DNA of 64,000 bases from Hyaloraphidium curvatum SAG 235-1 (Eukaryota > Fungi > Monoblepharomycota). Below are positions 58,868 through 64,000 of the stretch, piece after piece (position 1 is the stretch's first letter; every line of letters starts with the position of its first letter). Where the stretch lies: assembly GCA_025558095.1 (NCBI GenBank), contig JAIVFI010000026.1, forward strand, positions 62,001 through 126,000. The letters are read 5' to 3'. Under the pieces are notes generated by a model, which saw only the letters and a list, made by a program, of their open reading frames with translations, was not told the DNA's origin and ran no database searches. The position numbers and the translations under genes were made by a program.

Positions 58868-60928
58868 ATGGCGGGCCATACGGCGGAGGACGGCGTGTCG
58901 CGGCCATTTCTGCACCTTCCGGACCTCGTGGTCGAACGCGTCTTGACTTTCCTGGAGGCCGGAGCCCGCCGGAGCGCCGTCCCGGCCCCCGACACGCGGC
59001 TCACCGCCGCCGACGAGCAGCGCGCCGCCAACCGCGCGCTGGCGAACGCCTCGCTCGTCTGCTCGCAGTGGGCGTCGCTGGCCCGCTCGGCGCTGTGGCG
59101 GACCCTCCGCCCCGTCTCCCTCCGTTCCTGGGAGGTCCAGGCGGTCATCCTAGGCGTCGACAGACAGATCCGGCGCACTGACCCGGCGCTGGGCGGCCGC
59201 GGCAAGCCCGGCGTTCTGGACGACGTGTGGAGGGCGGGCTACTCGCCCATCCCGCCGGCTTTCGTGCTCGACTTTTCTGCCGCGGAGAACATCTTCTGTC
59301 CCGAGATGCTCGAGAAGCTCGCCTCCTTCGGCTGGACGGACCACGGCACGCTCCGGGAAATCCACTTCCCGCAGTGGGACAGGCAGATCCGCATGCACGA
59401 CGCGGCGTTCACCGGACCGGGAGTCCTGGTCGACTTTTTCCGCGCCGTCCACCGGAGCGGCAGGGAAGCCGTCGCCGCGGCACCCACCGGGAACGAAGCC
59501 GCGCCGCGGACCCTGCCCTTTTCCAACCTCCGCGTCATCACCTTCCCCGTGGCATGGGAGTGGTCTGCCGACCTGCACGACATCGTATCGGACCGGTTGC
59601 TCGCCGTCGTCGGGGAGTTCTGCCCCCGCCTCGAGGAGGTGCGCGCCATGGGCGGCGACCGGGTGACGCCCGCGGGCGTGGCGGCCCTCGTCGACGGCTG
59701 CGGCCCCTCCCTGCGGATGCTCCGCATCTGGAAGTCCCCCGCGCAGACCGACGGTACCCTCTGCCACGTCGCCGAGCGCTGCCCCGCGCTTCGCGACTTT
59801 TCCGTCTCGTTCGCGCCCGCCGTCACCCCCGACGGCCTCGCCACCATCCTCGCCCTGCCGCACCTCGAGGCCCTCGACATGACCTGCTCCCGCGGAATCC
59901 TGTTCCGCCGCACCCTCGCCGACGCCTTTGCCCGCACCCAGGCCTACACCAAGCTGCGCCGTCTCGACCTGAGCATCGACTTTTGGGAGCTCGACGAGCT
60001 CGAAATGTCGTTCGACGGCCGCCCGGACCCCACCCTCGGCGACCCCTCGGACCTCGAGCGGGAGCTGCGGCCCCTCCTCTCCTCCCTCGGCCTCGACGCT
60101 TCGCAACCAACCCACCTCTCGGCCCCCCTCTCCGCCACTCCCGCATCGCACCAGGCCGCCCTCCTCAAGCTGCACACCTACGCGCACATCGCCCTCTTCT
60201 CCAGCCTCGAGGTGCTCGTCCTCTCGGGCCACTCGGCCCTGACGGACGCCCGGTGCCGCGCCTTGTTCGCCCCCCGCGGCGGGCTCCGCAGCCTCAGGCG
60301 CCTGGGCCTGGGCAGCTGCTCCCGCCTGACGGACGCCGGCATCGCGTGGATCGCCGAGCACGGCCCGCCGGCGCTGGAGCAGCTCGAGATGCTGCGGATG
60401 GGGGACGAGGTGACGGACGCGACGCTGGCCCGGATCGGGGAGCGGTGGGGAGCGACGCTCGAGGTGCTCGAGATCTCCGAGTGCCCCGGGTTCACCGCCG
60501 CCGGGCTGGATTCCCTCGCCAATCTGCTCAAGCCGGACTGCAAGCTCGGCACCGTGGCGCTGCCCTGTTCGCCCGCCTTCAGGGAGCGGTTCCGCAACCC
60601 GCGCGCCGGGCCCGGGGGCACCGTGTTCGGGTGGATCGACTGGGCGCTGGTCGAGTTCCCGGCGCTGGCGGGCTTGCCCGAGGAGGAGGGATGGGAGGAG
60701 GGGGACGCGGTGTGGTTGCAGGAGGAGGGTGTTGAAGACGAGGATGGGGGCGAGGGGGCGGAGGACGATGACGACGTCGTTTGGTTGGGGGCGGACGGCG
60801 CGCAGGACGGCGCGGGAGCGGGCGGGGGGTTGCAGTGGGCGCTGGTGGGCGCGGACTCGGATGCGGACGACGCGGACTGGGCGCCGGGCGTGGAAGAGGT
60901 CGATGGCGAGTGGGACGGGGAGGAGTAG
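58868..60928 (+). CDS. F-box/LRR (FBXL-like) protein with an acidic tail
   Basis: FLHLPDLVVERVL..SLVCSQW and cysteine-containing LRRs (LxxLxLxxCxxLTD). Confidence 0.85.
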   Translation: MAGHTAEDGVSRPFLHLPDLVVERVLTFLEAGARRSAVPAPDTRLTAADEQRAANRALANASLVCSQWASLARSALWRTLRPVSLRSWEVQAVILGVDRQIRRTDPALGGRGKPGVLDDVWRAGYSPIPPAFVLDFSAAENIFCPEMLEKLASFGWTDHGTLREIHFPQWDRQIRMHDAAFTGPGVLVDFFRAVHRSGREAVAAAPTGNEAAPRTLPFSNLRVITFPVAWEWSADLHDIVSDRLLAVVGEFCPRLEEVRAMGGDRVTPAGVAALVDGCGPSLRMLRIWKSPAQTDGTLCHVAERCPALRDFSVSFAPAVTPDGLATILALPHLEALDMTCSRGILFRRTLADAFARTQAYTKLRRLDLSIDFWELDELEMSFDGRPDPTLGDPSDLERELRPLLSSLGLDASQPTHLSAPLSATPASHQAALLKLHTYAHIALFSSLEVLVLSGHSALTDARCRALFAPRGGLRSLRRLGLGSCSRLTDAGIAWIAEHGPPALEQLEMLRMGDEVTDATLARIGERWGATLEVLEISECPGFTAAGLDSLANLLKPDCKLGTVALPCSPAFRERFRNPRAGPGGTVFGWIDWALVEFPALAGLPEEEGWEEGDAVWLQEEGVEDEDGGEGAEDDDDVVWLGADGAQDGAGAGGGLQWALVGADSDADDADWAPGVEEVDGEWDGEE

Positions 60929-61010
60929 CAGCACCGTGGCACATGCTGACCAAAAGTACACTGATCGTTTCACAAGCCAAGACCCCGATCACACTCCGCG
61001 CGCGCGATTG

Positions 61011-62015
61011 TCACTTTTCGTCCGAGGCGACGTCGACGACGACCCTGCCCCTCGCGTGCCCCCGGTAGACGGCCTCGTAGGCCTCCACCACGCGGTCGAA
61101 CCCGAAACGCTCCTGGATCACCGGCTTCAGCTTCCCGGCATCCACGATCCCCGCGACCGCCTCGAGGTCGGCGCGCGTGGCCCCAGAGGCCAGCGGGATC
61201 AGCTTCCGCCCCTCGGAATACAACGCCCCGCGGAGCGACATCGACAGCATGCGGGGAATGGGGCCCGTCCAGTCGCCGCCCTCGCCCAACGAGACGCCGA
61301 CGTAGCGGCCCCCCGGGCGGAGAGCGGCCGAGAGCTCCCCCACGGGCTTGTCCGCGGCGTTGTCCACGACCACGTCCCAGGTCGCCTTGCCGTCCGCCCA
61401 CGTCCCCGGCTCCACGATCTCGCCGGCCCCAAGCTTCCTCGCCATCTCCTTGGCATCCTCGCCCCTGCACGCGGCGCCGACGACGCATCCCCTGGCGACG
61501 GCCATCTGCACCGCGAGCCCGCCCACGGCCCCGGCGGCGCCGACGACCAGCACCCTCTCACCCTCTTTGGCGCCCGCGGCATCCAGAGCCTGCAGCGCGG
61601 TGCATCCGGCCACGGGCAGCGCCGCGGCATCGGCCAGGGGCAAGGACCGGGGCGCCCTGGCGAGCCTCTTTGACGGCACCAGCGCGTGCGTCGACGTGCC
61701 GCCGCCCTCGGCCTCGCCGAACACCGCGTCGCCGACCGCGAAGCCCTCGACGCCCGGGCCGACGGCCAGCACGGTGCCCGCTACGTCCCTTCCGACGAGC
61801 GGGTTCCACGGCCCCGTGATACCGAAGAACAGCCGGATCGCTTTCGGCGTGCCCTCCAGCAGGTGTTTGTCCCCGGAGGTCACGGTCGACGCCGCCACGC
61901 GCACCAGCACCTCGCCCTTGCCCGGCCCAGGCACGGGGAGCTTCCGCACGGTGAGCACCGATGGCGGGCCGTAGACGTCGCGGCCCCACGCCATGCGGGC
62001 GGCTTCGGCGGGCAT
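61011..62015 (-). CDS. NAD(P)-dependent MDR oxidoreductase (zinc-independent, QOR/RTN4IP1-like), intronless
   Basis: YGPP.VL, GRDVAG.V..VG, VLVVGAAGAVG..AVQ, GHARGRVV. Confidence 0.88.
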   Translation of the reverse strand: MPAEAARMAWGRDVYGPPSVLTVRKLPVPGPGKGEVLVRVAASTVTSGDKHLLEGTPKAIRLFFGITGPWNPLVGRDVAGTVLAVGPGVEGFAVGDAVFGEAEGGGTSTHALVPSKRLARAPRSLPLADAAALPVAGCTALQALDAAGAKEGERVLVVGAAGAVGGLAVQMAVARGCVVGAACRGEDAKEMARKLGAGEIVEPGTWADGKATWDVVVDNAADKPVGELSAALRPGGRYVGVSLGEGGDWTGPIPRMLSMSLRGALYSEGRKLIPLASGATRADLEAVAGIVDAGKLKPVIQERFGFDRVVEAYEAVYRGHARGRVVVDVASDEK

Positions 62016-63323
62016 CGGGTCGGTACGTGAGGGGCGGGCCGGTGTTGCGGAAGGGGAGCGGCGTGCGGGACGAGTTGCCGGAGCGCTAGGGCCGCGCGTC
62101 GGTCCGCCTTGTGTGACTGGTCGGAGCAGCGCTGCCGGCCGGTCCCGCTTTTGTCCGCGGGATTTGCTGGGCCGCTACGTGTCAGGGGAAACGCGCAAGT
62201 GGCACAGCATCGGCCACCATCCCCAGGCCGCACAGCCCGCAACCATCGCGCCCAATCGCGCCCGAGACTGGGGCTCCGATCGTCTGCAGCGTGCTCCTCG
62301 TATGATTGCGTGGATGAGGCGATCACACCGGGCAGTCGCTGCATGTGTCCTCAACTCCCTGTCCTCGGTCCAACTCCTCGACCTGCGCCCCGGCCTCCAT
62401 CCCCACCATCCCCATCCTGGCCATCGTAATTCCTCGGCATGGATGCTTCTCCGAGCTCCCTGCGCCGGACCAGGGCGCTTCCAGTTTCCGTCCACATTCA
62501 ACCCGATGCCTGGCACGCGCCGTCGATCTGGAAGGACTTGACAATGCCCGAGCTGATAAAGCGGCTGCCAGAGGTGGTGATGGCCCTTTTCCTGGCCAAG
62601 GTGCAGGCTCCGGCGGGGGTTACTTGGGGTGAGGCCGGGCTGCTGCTTGCGATGAAGCAAGTCGAATCCCTCGGTGTCGTCCCGGACACATAGAGCCAGA
62701 AGCTCGTGCCCTCGGCGTACTCCCTGCTGGCGTTCCCCGCAGTGTAGGTGTAATCGGTGCTCCCTGCGACGCGGAGGTCGGTGACCCGAGAGTGTCGAGC
62801 GCCGTGGTCCCGTCGCCGTCCCCGATCTGCACCGCCGCCATCGGGCTGTAAGCCCCGCCGAGCCTCATGACGATCGTCGAGATCGTGCATTTGGCGAATT
62901 CGGATTGTGTCCCGCCCGTTGGATTCGGTCGCGGTTGGGGAGGTGCAAGGCAGGCGGTCGATTGACGCTGGTGGCGGCGGGGGTGAGAAGCCGATGACAG
63001 GTCGGTCGGTTAGAGGCACAGTCCAACCTGGAATGACGGGATCGTCCGTCGCGAGCAAGACGGGAAGAAGGGAAAGGGGCAAGGGGATGGGCGGCGTCCG
63101 AGAAGCCCGGCCGTCCTCGGTCGGATGCTCCGGCAGGCCAGAGCCGCTCCCCAACGTCGCCTAAACGATGGTACGATTTGACGATGCATACCTGCCGAGC
63201 CCGGGTCGAGGGCGTAGTGTGTGTTGCGCGGCCCAACGAACGAAGGGGCAGGGACGCGGCGACGCGGACCGATTTGTTCCTGCCGCAGCCGCAGCCAGCC
63301 CGCCGCCCCGACGACCCTGCGCG

Positions 63324-64000
63324 ATGGCATCCCCCGCGGGCGAGGCGGACGACCCGCAGCTGTCGGCGGCGGGCGTGTCGGCGCTGCTGGCGGCGACCGA
63401 GGCGGCGGTGCCAGCGGGCTCGACGGCGCTCTCCGTGCCCGCGATGAAGGACGTCCTGAGCGTCCTCGGGCGGCTGCCGGGGGCCGCCCCGCCGCGGCCG
63501 GCCATCGACGCCCGCTTAGCCGCGCTCTACTCGGCCGACGTGCTCGTGGCCGGGCTGCTGTGGTTCGGCGCGCTCGGGCTGCTCGGCTCCGGCGCGTCGC
63601 CCCCGCCGCTGGGCGCGCTCCCCCTGGGCGAAGTCGCGGAGAAACTCGAGCGCAGGGTGGAGCGGCTGGTCGCAGGCGGCCTCGAGGCGTTCTGGGCACA
63701 GCACGGCGTCCCGCAACCCGGCGGGGACGGCGGGTCGCGCGGCGGCACCACCGCGGCCCCCGCAACACTCGCCCTGCTGTGGGCGCTGCTCGGCGTCTCG
63801 GCATTCGCCGACCTCGAGCTCTCGCGGCTGGCCGCCGCCCGCGCCGCGCTGGGCTCCATCATCGCCGTGCTCGCCGCCACCGGCGTGCCGCGGCACCGCA
63901 CGCCCGGCCCGGGCTACTCACTCGACGACCTGCTGCTGGCCGCCGTGCACATCGACGTGCTGTGGTCGGCCGCCGTGGCCGAGGCTTGGATGGCCATCGG
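63324..64000 (+). CDS. Hypothetical Ala/Leu-rich protein, runs off the window end
   Basis: Open frame from MASPAGEADD with host-like GC3 codon use. Confidence 0.55.
   Translation, partial: MASPAGEADDPQLSAAGVSALLAATEAAVPAGSTALSVPAMKDVLSVLGRLPGAAPPRPAIDARLAALYSADVLVAGLLWFGALGLLGSGASPPPLGALPLGEVAEKLERRVERLVAGGLEAFWAQHGVPQPGGDGGSRGGTTAAPATLALLWALLGVSAFADLELSRLAAARAALGSIIAVLAATGVPRHRTPGPGYSLDDLLLAAVHIDVLWSAAVAEAWMAI

Noticed and set aside
62498-63154. Possible degraded secreted-protein gene
   Set aside because: Fragmentary frames with no recognisable domain.

Overview
GC-rich, gene-dense eukaryotic DNA with short GT..AG introns (GTGCGT/GTRAGT donors, CTGAC/CTAAC branch points). An Nma111-type protease and a LOC1-like gene point to a fungus, probably an early-diverging lineage (inference). 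About 1-28 kb and 55-64 kb hold host genes. Several look bacterial: a PglD/NeuD acetyltransferase, a WG-repeat protein, an MDR oxidoreductase and a methyltransferase-PLP decarboxylase fusion. The GAPDH is of the euglenozoan/spirochete type. About 28.3-54.7 kb is a nest of mobile elements. It contains a CRE-like RLE non-LTR retrotransposon and a 19.4-kb CMC (CACTA/EnSpm-like) DNA transposon at 32687-52088. That element has 12-bp TIRs (CCCTATGAGAAA), inverted CATGGG subterminal arrays and an apparently intact spliced transposase. Its cargo is a Ulp1-type SUMO protease, a SET-domain protein, an F-box protein, a C2H2 protein, a PIP-box protein and a hAT-transposase-derived gene. Next come the 3' end and LTR of a chromovirus, then a ~150-bp hairpin-containing tandem array ending in a Helitron-like terminus. 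All family calls come from motif recognition by eye; no searches were run.
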